Part shown: positions 1 through 9,630 of the stretch, in pieces
Layout: the number at the start of each line of letters is the position of its first letter
Position numbering within the stretch: position 1 is the first letter of the stretch
Assembly: GCA_965248755.1 (NCBI GenBank)
Contig: OZ252149.1
Span: 1,344,001-1,408,000, forward strand
DNA length: 64,000 nt
Source: Candidatus Latescibacterota bacterium
GTDB taxonomy: Bacteria > Latescibacterota > CBDEFO01
Direction of reading: 5' to 3'
The notes under the pieces: model-generated
What the model was told of the DNA's origin: nothing
Databases searched by the model: none
What the model saw: the letters and a program-made list of their open reading frames with translations, nothing else
Made by a program: the position numbers and the translations under genes

Positions 1-114
1 TTGTAAAGAGCGGACAAGACGCCGGGAAAGAAAAGGCTTGACCCGAAAATAATAAAGGTTTATCTTGATAGTGGAGATGCAGTTTTTCTATATTCAAGCT
101 GCTAATTTTCCGAT

Positions 115-813
115 ATGTCCAGCGGCACAATAGACGACTATCTTACCTTTTACAGAGACCTCTTAAGACAGAGCCTGGGGTTCTATAATGAGTATTTTCC
201 CCAGCTGATGACCATTTCGGTCCTGATCTATCTACCCTGTTTTATCATAGTCAATCTCTTCCGGACAGAGGGTTCACCTGCAGGACTGTGGCAGGCTCCT
301 CTTACGGTTTTAAGTTCACTTGTATTTATAGGTTTTGTATGGCGGGTCTATTCAGGAAAAGAAGCGACAATAGCTGATGCCTTCGGGACCTTCTCACTGG
401 GGCTCTTCTTGAGGCTCCTTTTAACGCGGCTCTTGGAGACCCTTTTCATACTGGCGGGACTGATACTCTTGATAGTGCCCGGGATTATCTTGGGCGTATG
501 GTTTTTCTTTATAGAGCAGGTCGTGGTTATAGAGGGAGAATCGTATATAAAAGCGCTTCAAAAGAGCAGAGAAATTATAAAAGGCAATTGGTGGAGGGTC
601 TTCTGGATGGGACTTGTGATGCTGTGCATAATGGTTACAATCTATCTTTTTACGGATCATTTTGTAAAGCTCATCTTCCCTACAGCCCAAAAGTGGGGAG
701 CAGGTATCTTTATAGCACAGACGTTTCTGACTCCTTTTGAGGCCGTGGTAAGTACCACCTTTTATTTCTCTTTAACGCAATACAATGCAAAATCTGTGCA
801 ACATGACGGATAA
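115..813 (+). CDS. Integral membrane protein (YciC / GDPD membrane-domain-like)
   Basis: Multiple TM segments; motif LLIVPGI...E....AL.KS...KGNWWR.F. Confidence 0.65.
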   Translation: MSSGTIDDYLTFYRDLLRQSLGFYNEYFPQLMTISVLIYLPCFIIVNLFRTEGSPAGLWQAPLTVLSSLVFIGFVWRVYSGKEATIADAFGTFSLGLFLRLLLTRLLETLFILAGLILLIVPGIILGVWFFFIEQVVVIEGESYIKALQKSREIIKGNWWRVFWMGLVMLCIMVTIYLFTDHFVKLIFPTAQKWGAGIFIAQTFLTPFEAVVSTTFYFSLTQYNAKSVQHDG

Positions 814-857
814 AGTTAAAATTGCAAAGCACTGAATTAAGGAGGTAAATTCAAGAT

Positions 858-1442
858 ATGGAGGAAGATAGAAATTTAGTGGAGATAATCCGGGAACACG
901 ACGTAATGTCCAAGTTCCTAAAGACAAGGAGAATATTTCTGTGGGGCCCTATTGACGACGAGATATCCAAGGATGTGGTTGGAAAGCTTTTGTTTTTGGA
1001 ATCTGAAGATTCCGCCAAGGATATTTCTGTGTACATCAACAGCCCAGGAGGGAGCATATCCTCAGGGTTGGCAATATACGACGCGATGCAGAACATAGAG
1101 CCAGATATATCTACAATATGTATGGGCATAGCTATGAGTATGGGAGCGGTGCTGCTGGCAGCCGGAACTTCTGGAAAACGGTACGCTTGGCCTCATTCGA
1201 GGATGATGATACACCAACCCCTCATTATGGGCAGGGTTACCAGTCCCGCCTCGGACATCGAGATCGAAGCCAAGGAGATAATAAAATTAAGAGACGAGAT
1301 AAATCAGATCTTTGTGAAGCATACTGGGCAACCTAAGGATAAGATTGATGCAGATACAGACAGGAACTTCTACGTGTCAGCAGAAGAGGCGGTAGAATAC
1401 GGACTAATTGATGAGATCATAGGGCCAAAAGTCAACGTATAA
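858..1442 (+). CDS. clpP: ATP-dependent Clp protease proteolytic subunit
   Basis: YINSPGG, AMSMGA (catalytic Ser), RMMIHQP, DRNFY..AEEAVEYGLID; AGGAGG upstream. Confidence 0.95.
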   Translation: MEEDRNLVEIIREHDVMSKFLKTRRIFLWGPIDDEISKDVVGKLLFLESEDSAKDISVYINSPGGSISSGLAIYDAMQNIEPDISTICMGIAMSMGAVLLAAGTSGKRYAWPHSRMMIHQPLIMGRVTSPASDIEIEAKEIIKLRDEINQIFVKHTGQPKDKIDADTDRNFYVSAEEAVEYGLIDEIIGPKVNV

Positions 1443-1470
1443 CCTTACACTGCATAGGAGTGATCTCTAT

Positions 1471-2151
1471 ATGGAACCTAATCTGCTCAAGCATGTCCCG
1501 CTTTTTCAGGAGCTGAAAGAGGATGAATTGGAGGCATTAGCCAGTGTAGCTCTCTACAAGACCTTCCCAAAGAACACTGTAATCCTGCTAGCTGAGGAGG
1601 AAGGGGATACACTGTTTATTATAGACAAGGGGAGGGTCAAGGTGACGATCTTAAGCGAAGATGGAAGAGAGCTCATACTGGACATACTCAGCAAGGGGGA
1701 TTTCTTCGGTGAGATGTCTCTTTTAGACGGCAGGCCGCGATCAGCCACTGTAGTGGCTATAGAGGATAGTGAACTTTTGATCTTAAGGCGCGGGGATTTC
1801 ATCCGACTGATTGAAAGGATCCCCCGTATTGCAGCCCAGGTGATGGCTATTCTTGCCTCTCGTTTGAGGAAAGCAGATCAAAAGATAGAGGGGTTGGCGC
1901 TCTTAGACGTAACGGGACGAGTTGCCGGAACGCTGCAGCAGTTGGCTCAGGAGCACGGAGTTAGCGTCGAAGATGGCATAATGATACAGAACCGTCCGAC
2001 CCATCAGGTGCTGGCAAATATGTCAGCAACGACGCGGGAGACAGTCTCCAGAGTCCTAAAGAAATTAGAGCATCAGGGTTTTATCTCAACTCAAGGGAAG
2101 AATGTAATCATACTTAGAGACAGGGAAGCAAAGGAAGATATAACTAATTAA
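1471..2151 (+). CDS. Crp/Fnr family transcriptional regulator
   Basis: cNMP domain (FFGEMSLLDGRPRSA) plus C-terminal HTH (TRETVSRVL). Confidence 0.92.
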   Translation: MEPNLLKHVPLFQELKEDELEALASVALYKTFPKNTVILLAEEEGDTLFIIDKGRVKVTILSEDGRELILDILSKGDFFGEMSLLDGRPRSATVVAIEDSELLILRRGDFIRLIERIPRIAAQVMAILASRLRKADQKIEGLALLDVTGRVAGTLQQLAQEHGVSVEDGIMIQNRPTHQVLANMSATTRETVSRVLKKLEHQGFISTQGKNVIILRDREAKEDITN

Positions 2152-2164
2152 AGTGACGTGTCTT

Positions 2165-2236
2165 TTGAAAATGGCAGTTGAAAATAGAGTCAAAGTTTTA
2201 GTAGTTATGGGTGACGACCAAGTCAAAAGGTCAATA
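2165..2236 (+). pseudogene. Duplicated 5' fragment of the sigma-54 regulator gene
   Basis: ATGGCAGTTGAAAA..AAAGTTTTAGTAGT..GACGACCA..AAAAGGTCAATA matches 2994-3059. Confidence 0.8.
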
Positions 2237-2286
2237 CATGAGGAGATGGTACGAGTTTCTCCTCTTTCATGCTGGAGGTGTAGAAC

Positions 2287-2712
2287 ATGAACATTGCTGA
2301 ATTCGTGAGAACTACAGATTTCGGCCGGGGCTTGAGCGATGAAGAATCTGAAAAGTTAGCAGGAATATCAAGTGACGTGGGATTCACTGCGGGCGAGAAA
2401 ATCTTCGAGCAGGGAGATATAAGTGACGCCCTCTACATTGTAAGATCGGGGGCTGTGGAGATAGACATAATGACAAATGAAGAAATGAGGTTGGTGGTGA
2501 ATATGCACCCAGGAAACGTCTTCGGAGACATGGCGTTCATTGACACCAGACCCCGCAGTGGAGCAGCTAAAGCCGTTATGGACTCTCAGATCCTTGTATT
2601 CAGCAAGGACAAATACGACAAATTCGCCGAGGAGGAACATCAGACTGCACTCAAAGTCATGACAAACATAGCAAGAGTCATGGCGTCACGAATCAGATCG
2701 ATGGACAGATGA
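2287..2712 (+). CDS. Stand-alone cyclic nucleotide-binding domain protein
   Basis: IFEQGD..LYIVRSG, FGDMAFIDTRPRSG; GGAGG RBS. Confidence 0.85.
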   Translation: MNIAEFVRTTDFGRGLSDEESEKLAGISSDVGFTAGEKIFEQGDISDALYIVRSGAVEIDIMTNEEMRLVVNMHPGNVFGDMAFIDTRPRSGAAKAVMDSQILVFSKDKYDKFAEEEHQTALKVMTNIARVMASRIRSMDR

Positions 2713-2913
2713 ATACTTGTTGATAGGAACTGTTTCACGCTTGGAATAACAAGGATTGACCAAGCTAAGAGCTACATGATGAAGCCCGAAGAAATATTGG
2801 TCTTTGTGGTTCGAATGAACACTACCCTGAGCTGCTGAAGTACAGCCGAAGGTGTATTGAAACCCTGCAAACAGGATGGATCAAATCTACTCGACCGGAG
2901 CTTTGTAAGGAGG

Positions 2914-2969
2914 CTGAATATCCCTGAATATCCCTGAATATCCCTGAATATCCCTGAATATCCCTGAAT
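2914..2969. repeat. 10-bp tandem repeat (TCCCTGAATA, ~5.5 units)
   Basis: Directly visible tandem array just upstream of the sigma-54 regulator start. Confidence 0.95.
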
Positions 2970-2993
2970 TAATCTGGTACGCCTCTATTGAAT

Positions 2994-4493
2994 ATGGCAG
3001 TTGAAAAGAGATTTAAAGTTTTAGTAGTGACGGATGACGACCAGGTAAAAAGGTCAATATCATCAACACTTGGGAAGGACGGCCACGAGGTCATAGCAGT
3101 AGATAACGCCAATGTGGGGCTCGGACTCGTAAAGCGAGGCAAGGCGGATATGGTTGTGGTCGATTCGTCCCTTCCAAATGAGGAAATGGCGCAATTTTCT
3201 CCTCAAAAGGGCCACAACGATCGCCCTATCTTTGTTCTGGCCCTGATGCAGAACGGCTCTGTGAACGTGGACGCGGACGATTTTTTGGAAAAGCCGATAG
3301 ACGGTGACAAACTCCGGGAGATTGTAGAGAAGACAATCAGCAGAAAAAGATTTCTGGATGAATGTCCCATATTAGGAAAGTCCGAGCGGATAAGTGAGAT
3401 AATTGAAACCATCGTTCAGATAGCCCCCACAAATGTGAACGTATTGATTTCGGGCGAAAGCGGAACGGGCAAAGACCTTGCAGCAATATCAATTCACCAT
3501 TACAGCGGCAGAAAGGGACGATTCCTCCATGTTAACTGCGGGGCTATACCTGAAAATCTGTTAGAAAGCGAACTTTTTGGCCACGAAAAGGGAGCATTTA
3601 CCGGGGCCCTGTCTCAAAGAAAGGGCTACTTCGAAGCCGCAGACCAAGGGACGATATTCCTGGATGAGATCGGAGAGATGTCCTTAATGATGCAGGTCAA
3701 ACTCCTGCACGTTCTGGACGAAAAGGAGTTTATAAAGGTGGGCGGAGACTTGCCTATAAGAGTAGATGCAAGAACGATAACCGCCACGAATAAGAACTTA
3801 AGGGAGAGGGTAGCACAAGGAGAGTTCAGGAGAGACCTTTTCTACAGATTAAGGGTAGTGGAAATAAGGATGCCTCCTTTGAGAGAAAGAGTAGAGGACA
3901 TTCCCCTTTTGGCACATTACTTTATCAAAAACTACGCTGAAGAAAACAAAATAGATTTTAAAGGTATCTCAGATGAAGCTGTAGACGTCTTGACAAATTA
4001 CTCGTGGCCCGGGAATATAAGAGAATTGAAGCACACTATCGAAAGTATGATGGTACTTTCACAGAATCTGTACATAACTGCTGACGACGTATATGGCCAT
4101 TTAAACCGAGACATAGCCTCGGACAGAAATCTACCGATCCCGCTCAACAAGACGCCCGAGCAATCGGAGAGAGAACTGATCTACAGAGCTATTGTAGGCT
4201 TAAAATCCGATATAGATGAGCTCAAAAGATACGTTACATCGGACAAAAGAAGAAGCCTGGAAGATTCGGCTATCTACACTCCACAAGATACATATTTTAG
4301 GGAGGATAGCACGGTAGAAAGGGCTGAGGAAATAGCGGAGGAAGAGAACGTAAAGTCTCTTGGTGAGGTAGAAAAAGACCATATCGTCAGGGCCCTGAGA
4401 TCTGTAGGGGGAAATCGAAGGAAAGCTGCACAAATTTTGGGTATAGGAGAAAGAACGCTGTATAGAAAGATCAAAAGTTTTGGAATTTTGTGA
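2994..4493 (+). CDS. Sigma-54-dependent Fis-family (NtrC-like) regulator
   Basis: Receiver-like N-terminus, GESGTGK, GAFTGA, FLDEIGEM, WPGNIREL, C-terminal HTH. Confidence 0.93.
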   Translation: MAVEKRFKVLVVTDDDQVKRSISSTLGKDGHEVIAVDNANVGLGLVKRGKADMVVVDSSLPNEEMAQFSPQKGHNDRPIFVLALMQNGSVNVDADDFLEKPIDGDKLREIVEKTISRKRFLDECPILGKSERISEIIETIVQIAPTNVNVLISGESGTGKDLAAISIHHYSGRKGRFLHVNCGAIPENLLESELFGHEKGAFTGALSQRKGYFEAADQGTIFLDEIGEMSLMMQVKLLHVLDEKEFIKVGGDLPIRVDARTITATNKNLRERVAQGEFRRDLFYRLRVVEIRMPPLRERVEDIPLLAHYFIKNYAEENKIDFKGISDEAVDVLTNYSWPGNIRELKHTIESMMVLSQNLYITADDVYGHLNRDIASDRNLPIPLNKTPEQSERELIYRAIVGLKSDIDELKRYVTSDKRRSLEDSAIYTPQDTYFREDSTVERAEEIAEEENVKSLGEVEKDHIVRALRSVGGNRRKAAQILGIGERTLYRKIKSFGIL

Positions 4494-4642
4494 TCCGGGC
4501 CATCAAAAAGGCGGCGTGGGCGCTGCGTGCGCTGCTGCCAGCCCTTTTTGCGGAGGGCACGAATTGTCAAAGTGGTCGAAGAACTTTCTTGGGGGAAAAG
4601 GAGTCTTCCGCATCGTGCCGGACCAGATGAAGGTAAGATCTA

Positions 4643-4819
4643 ATGAAGAAAAGGGATTTCTTAGGTATTGTATTTGAGTGCTGCAAGGTCTATGGAAGGG
4701 CCTACATCAACGACTCCGAGACGGCCTATACTGGAAATTGCCCAAAGTGCTACAAGCCTGTTGAGATAAAGATAGTAAAATATGGGGGATCTAAGGATAG
4801 GTTCTTCAAGGTCGGTTAG
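4643..4819 (+). CDS. Small Cys-rich protein, 58 aa (putative zinc ribbon)
   Basis: Manual translation MKKRDFLGIVFECCKVYGRAYINDSETAYTGNCPKCYKPVEIKIVKYGGSKDRFFKVG; stop 3 nt before thiD; below ORF-track cutoff. Confidence 0.75.
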   Translation: MKKRDFLGIVFECCKVYGRAYINDSETAYTGNCPKCYKPVEIKIVKYGGSKDRFFKVG

Positions 4820-4822
4820 GGG

Positions 4823-6169
4823 ATGTCTATCAAGAAAGTGCTCACCATCGCAGGATCGGATTCTGGCGGAGGCGCAGGTATACAGGCCGATTTAAAGACG
4901 ATAACCGTCTTGGGCGCATTCGGCACGAGCGCAGTGACCGCACTTACCGCTCAAAATACCTCAGGCGTTCAGGGGATATACGAGGTTTCCCCAGATTTTG
5001 TGGCACAGCAGATAGATTCTGTGGTTCTGGACATAGGGACTGACGCGGCAAAGACCGGGATGATGGCTAATCGGGATGTCATTAAGGTCGTATCGCAAAA
5101 GATCAAAGAGCATCAAATCTCGAACGTGGTCGTGGACCCTGTGATGGTGGCAAAGGACAACAGCAGTCTCTTAACCGAGGGAGCAGAAAAAGCACTCTCA
5201 GATGAGCTGATACCCCAATCTTTCCTAGTCACGCCCAACATACCTGAAGCTTGCGTGCTCTCCGGCATCCATATTAAAGATACGAAAGATATGGAGGAAG
5301 CGGCTAAGAGGATATACAACAGGGGATCCAGAAATATCCTGATAAAGGGAGGGCATTTACATGGCCCGGCAGTGGACATCCTGTTCGATGGAGATGGGCT
5401 CTATAGATTTGAGTCAGAAAGAATAGATACTAAGAACACACACGGCACAGGATGCACTTATTCGGCGGCCATAGCGACGTTCCTGGCGCAGGATTTTCCT
5501 CTGAAGGAAGCTATCAACAAGGCCAAAAAGTTTGTAACTTCGGCTATCAGATTTTCACTGGATATAGGAAAAGGACACGGCCCCACCAATCACTACGCCC
5601 CTTTGGGAAGAGAAATGGAAAGGTATAGTGTAGTCCAGGATCTTAAGGCAGCAGCCCAAAGGCTCAAAGAAGGTAACGGAGCGCATCTGATGCCGGAGGT
5701 GCAATCTAATTTAGGATGTGCCCTGCCTTTTGCCGAGGCCCCGGAGGATGTAGCGTCCTTTCCGGGGAGGTTGATCGGACACAAAGATCTGATCTCTTAT
5801 GTTTTTGACCCCCAGTTCGGAATCTCACACCATATCTCAAGGATTATCCTGACGGCGATGAGATACGATCCTTCTGTAAGATCAGCTATGAACATCAGAT
5901 ATTCACCGGAGATAGTAGAGCGCTGTGCGGACCTGGGATTTGAGATCGGGAGCTTCGATCGTAGGAAAGAGCCAGAGGATATCAAAGAGTTAGAGGGTTC
6001 ATCATTGGCCTGGGGTGTGGAAAGGGCTATAGAAAAAAGCGGAAAGGTCCTGGACGCGATTTACGACCAAGGCGGCTGGGGCAAAGAGCCGATGGTCAGG
6101 ATACTGGGGAAAAATCCATCACAAGTGGTGGATAAGGTTCTAAAGATAGCAAAATCGCTCTTGAAATAA
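4823..6169 (+). CDS. thiD: HMP/HMP-P kinase fused to a ThiN-type C-terminal domain (ThiDN)
   Basis: IAGSDSGGGAGIQADLK, THGTGC; C-terminal PEVQSN...RSAMNIRY...GWGKEPM. Confidence 0.9.
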   Translation: MSIKKVLTIAGSDSGGGAGIQADLKTITVLGAFGTSAVTALTAQNTSGVQGIYEVSPDFVAQQIDSVVLDIGTDAAKTGMMANRDVIKVVSQKIKEHQISNVVVDPVMVAKDNSSLLTEGAEKALSDELIPQSFLVTPNIPEACVLSGIHIKDTKDMEEAAKRIYNRGSRNILIKGGHLHGPAVDILFDGDGLYRFESERIDTKNTHGTGCTYSAAIATFLAQDFPLKEAINKAKKFVTSAIRFSLDIGKGHGPTNHYAPLGREMERYSVVQDLKAAAQRLKEGNGAHLMPEVQSNLGCALPFAEAPEDVASFPGRLIGHKDLISYVFDPQFGISHHISRIILTAMRYDPSVRSAMNIRYSPEIVERCADLGFEIGSFDRRKEPEDIKELEGSSLAWGVERAIEKSGKVLDAIYDQGGWGKEPMVRILGKNPSQVVDKVLKIAKSLLK

Positions 6170-6230
6170 GCGTAAACTGAATAAGTGGATAGTAAGCGGA
6201 GCACCGCCTTCACCCTGATGCGTTATTGCG

Positions 6231-6288
6231 AGGCGGCGTGGACGCTTTGCGGGGGTGGAAGCCAGCCACGAAGTGGGCGAAGCAATCT
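6231..6288. repeat. REP-like element (GTCATTGCGAG...GAAGCAATCT class)
   Basis: Same terminal motifs occur at ~13768-13796, ~21371-21425 and inside the MITE. Confidence 0.6.
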
Positions 6289-6388
6289 GGCAGTCACTAG
6301 ACAGGTGCACCATATTTAGGAGGCAATGGTCAGACAGGAATGTCTGACCTCCCTTTTTATATGCGTTTCGTAGCACAGACATTCTTAG

Positions 6389-6617
6389 CCCGATTAGTTC
6401 ATAAACTTGGTGGAGTCATCGCGAGGAGCAAAGCGACAAAGCAATCTCAAGGTTTTATAGTGGTCTCCGATGAGAGCCGGAGAGTATTACATCTACCACA
6501 GCATCGAGATTGCTTCGCCTTCGGCTCGCAATGACACCGAAGGTGGTTAAACCGCATAACTATAATATAATACAATCCCTTAATTAATACAGGGGCTTTT
6601 TTTGTGAATTATTCCGG
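6389..6617 (+). mobile_element. MITE copy 1 (~229 bp)
   Basis: TIRs CCCGATTAGTTCATAAA / TTTGTGAATTATTCCGG; TTAG direct repeat on both sides; 4 similar copies in window. Confidence 0.88.
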
Positions 6618-6706
6618 TTAGCTGTTCTATTTGGGTCTTTACAATCTTGCCCAACCTTTTTTACCCTATACGTAATTTGCTCTCTTTGGCTCTCAAAAAA
6701 CGAACA

Positions 6707-6735
6707 TTGACTTTTACGTAAAAGTTAGTTATAAT
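6707..6735 (+). promoter_or_regulatory. Sigma70 promoter with overlapping palindromic operator
   Basis: TTGACT-17 bp-TATAAT with perfect palindrome ACTTTTACGTAAAAGT (6710-6725), upstream of a MerR-family gene. Confidence 0.8.
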
Positions 6736-6790
6736 TAAATTAAGTCTACATTGCTGTAAGCGCTTTTCTTTTTCGGCATGGTTTTTATTT

Positions 6791-7260
6791 ATGAAAAATA
6801 GGACATTGATAAAGATAGGTGATCTGCAAAGCAGGCTGTTATCACCACTCGGACATTGCGCTACTACGAAGAGTTGGGCATGATAGATCCGGTAGAGCGC
6901 AGCGAGGGAGGATTCCGGCTCTCTTGGATGGATCAGTTGAAGAAGCTGAAAATCATAAAGAATTTGAAAGCTTTAGACTTTGAGCTGGAGAGTATAAGGG
7001 AAATACTCACCCTGAAAAAGCGGAGTGACATGGGAAGGCGATTTAGCCGTCAAGGTATTGGAAATCTTAGAGCTTCAGATACGTCACATCGACTCCAAAA
7101 TAGAACAGTATGTGAATATAAGACATGATATTATGGATATTTACGAGATCATAAAGGAGTGCCTGCCCTGCAATACAAAAATCGAAAAGAGGGATGTATG
7201 GAGTGTCCTGTGCTCAAGGAAAGGGAAGAGCTAACTGATACTGTTCAGGTTATAGTTTAG
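6791..7260 (+). pseudogene. MerR-family regulator, frameshifted
   Basis: MKNRTLIKIGDL / AKQAVITTRTLRYYEELGMI..RSEGGFRL across frames; C-terminal CLPC..CMECP needs a third frame change. Confidence 0.8.
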
Positions 7261-7289
7261 GTGTTTACAACTAATTGACGGAGGTCAGG

Positions 7290-7502
7290 ATGAAAGTAGA
7301 GGTCAAAAGGGATCTTTGCATCGGTGCGGGAACATGCATAGATGTAGCCCCTGAGGTCTTTGATTTTGATGGTGAGGAGATAGCGATTGTTGTTGATGAG
7401 CACGGCGCTGATGATGAAACTTTGTGGGAGGCCGCCGAGTCCTGCCCTGTGGACGCTGTCTTCCTTTACGATGAGGAAACAGGAGAGCAGTTATATCCTT
7501 AG
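7290..7502 (+). CDS. Ferredoxin (3Fe-4S type)
   Basis: CIGAGTC...APEVF...CPVDA; GGAGG RBS before ATG 7290. Confidence 0.9.
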   Translation: MKVEVKRDLCIGAGTCIDVAPEVFDFDGEEIAIVVDEHGADDETLWEAAESCPVDAVFLYDEETGEQLYP

Positions 7503-7520
7503 ACGTCACTTTTAGAATGA

Positions 7521-8558
7521 ATGTTTAGAACTTTGGATAAGATAACAGACGAATTTGGTAGGCCACTTAAAAGCCTTCGCGTATCAGTTACAGACAGGTG
7601 CAACCTGCGCTGTCAGTACTGTATGCCTGAGGATGAGTACACGTGGATTAACCACGATGACATCCTCACCTTCCAAGAGATCAGCGAACTTGTAGATGTC
7701 TTCACCGGGCTCGGTGCAGAAAAAGTGCGGCTGACCGGTGGAGAGCCGCTCTTGCGCAAAGGTCTTGAGGACTTGGTCAGGATGCTTGCAAGCAACGCTC
7801 GCATCAAGGATCTGTCTATGACAACGAACGGGTCTTTAATGACAGAATACGCGCAGTCGCTCTACGATGCCGGACTCGAACGCATTACGATTAGCCTGGA
7901 TACTCTTAGACCTGATCGTTTCAAGGCGTTGACCCGAAGCGGTAGCCACGAAAAAGTGCTCGAGGGAATAGAATCGGCCCTGAAGGCAGGCTTCAAAGGA
8001 TCTAAGATCAACACAGTGGTCATTCGCGGGTACAACGACGATGAAATTGCGGATCTAATTACATACGGAAAACAGGTTTCTGCTGAGGTCCGCTTCATCG
8101 AGTACATGGACGTCGGTGGAGCGACCAGGTGGACGATAAACAAAGTCTTCTCCCGAAGGGAAATTCTCGAAACACTGGAAAGACATTACGGACCGATCGA
8201 GCCCTTGGCCCAAAACGGTTCAGCGCCTGCTGATCGGTACATTCTGTTGGACGGAACCGTCTTTGGTATCATCGCTTCAACAACAGCTCCCTTCTGCAGA
8301 TCCTGCGACAGGAGCAGGCTCACGGCAGATGGTATGTGGTATTTGTGTCTATACGCAGGCAACGGAACCAATCTGAAGCAATCTCTGCGCGACGGTGTTT
8401 CAAAAGAAGAGATCGAGTCTATAATTTTACGTAGATGGAACGAGAGAAGCGACCGTGGGGCAGAAGAAAGAAGGGAACTTTCCCACAGGGACATCCTCTA
8501 CCCGGCAGAAGAGCTCAAACAAGACCCTCACCGCGAAATGCATACCAGAGGAGGGTAA
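7521..8558 (+). CDS. moaA: GTP 3',8-cyclase
   Basis: SVTDRCNLRCQYCMP, LTGGEPLLR, FCRSCDRSRL, C-terminal RGG. Confidence 0.95.
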   Translation: MFRTLDKITDEFGRPLKSLRVSVTDRCNLRCQYCMPEDEYTWINHDDILTFQEISELVDVFTGLGAEKVRLTGGEPLLRKGLEDLVRMLASNARIKDLSMTTNGSLMTEYAQSLYDAGLERITISLDTLRPDRFKALTRSGSHEKVLEGIESALKAGFKGSKINTVVIRGYNDDEIADLITYGKQVSAEVRFIEYMDVGGATRWTINKVFSRREILETLERHYGPIEPLAQNGSAPADRYILLDGTVFGIIASTTAPFCRSCDRSRLTADGMWYLCLYAGNGTNLKQSLRDGVSKEEIESIILRRWNERSDRGAEERRELSHRDILYPAEELKQDPHREMHTRGG

Positions 8559-8578
8559 CGTACAACCAGGGGGAACTT

Positions 8579-9520
8579 ATGGCAAAAGTGTTAGGGGTTT
8601 TGTGCACACGAAGAAGGAGAGGCAACACAGGGACGCTTCTGAAAGAAGCGATTCAGGCGGCATCAGAAGTAGAGAACGCCGAAGTGGAGATGCTCTATCT
8701 GGCCAACTATAAGTTCGGTCCCTGCTTAAGCAGTTTCTGGTGCCTCAAGAATGACGGGAAAGGTTGCTGTCTAAGGGATGACTTCGGACATCAAGGAGAA
8801 GGTGAAATCTTCGTTAAAACGAAGAATGCAAACGGTATTATCTTAGCAGACCCGGTGCAGTTTTGGAGCCCGTCAGCTATGGCTCACACTTACTTCGAAC
8901 GGCTCTATCCGTTTCACTGGTCGGACGACATCAATGGGGTTCCCTTCGGATCGATCTCGTGTGCTACAAATCAGGGCTTTCAGCTTATGGCAACCCAAGA
9001 GATATGCAAGTGGGCTTTCACTATGAAGCTGAAATACATAGGCGGAATTCCCGCTCATACGGCCCAGATGGCTAAGATGGTGGAAAGGTCAAGGGACCTG
9101 GGACGAAAAGTAGCCGAAGCTGCTGTCTTAGATGAAAAAGAGGGCAGAAAGAAATTCACCGAACAGGGAGTATATGAGCACTACAAGGACAAGCCCTGGA
9201 AGGTTTACGAGTATTATTTCGAGAACCTGACGGACGGAAAGTTCGAGTGGAAGGGTTCTATAATTGAGGAGTCTTTACGGAAGGGGACGTTCCCAAGACC
9301 AGAGGCGAAAAAACTATTAGAAAAGGCGGGGGAAGAGTTTAAGGAGGCTCTAAAATATTATAAGGAAGGGGACCGGAAAAAAGCGGTTCAATATCTACTG
9401 GAGGCCGGAGACTTTTGGACTCACGGCACGTGGACGCAGTTTGTCATTGATGCTCTGAAGGTGGACCAACCCGAAACCTACAGACCTCTGGAAGATGCGG
9501 GAGAAGTAAGAGACGTATAG
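8579..9520 (+). CDS. Iron-sulfur flavoprotein / flavodoxin family protein with C-terminal extension
   Basis: RRRGNT..LL, PCLSSFWC..C..DDF, GIILADPV; start moved to ATG 8579 after moaA. Confidence 0.8.
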   Translation: MAKVLGVLCTRRRRGNTGTLLKEAIQAASEVENAEVEMLYLANYKFGPCLSSFWCLKNDGKGCCLRDDFGHQGEGEIFVKTKNANGIILADPVQFWSPSAMAHTYFERLYPFHWSDDINGVPFGSISCATNQGFQLMATQEICKWAFTMKLKYIGGIPAHTAQMAKMVERSRDLGRKVAEAAVLDEKEGRKKFTEQGVYEHYKDKPWKVYEYYFENLTDGKFEWKGSIIEESLRKGTFPRPEAKKLLEKAGEEFKEALKYYKEGDRKKAVQYLLEAGDFWTHGTWTQFVIDALKVDQPETYRPLEDAGEVRDV

Positions 9521-9630
9521 AGATCTTTGCAGGACGATGTCTGATGCCGGATACAGATCTCTATCCGGCGTATTCTTATCAAAAGTTAAGATGTAGCACG
9601 GTTATGTTGTGCACCCGGAGATAGCTATCA

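Noticed and set aside
2914..2969. Possible CRISPR array
   Set aside because: 10-bp head-to-tail units with no spacers; no cas genes in the window.
4555..4570. Sigma-54 promoter at GGCACGAATTGTC
   Set aside because: The -12 element and spacing do not fit TGGCAC-N5-TTGC.
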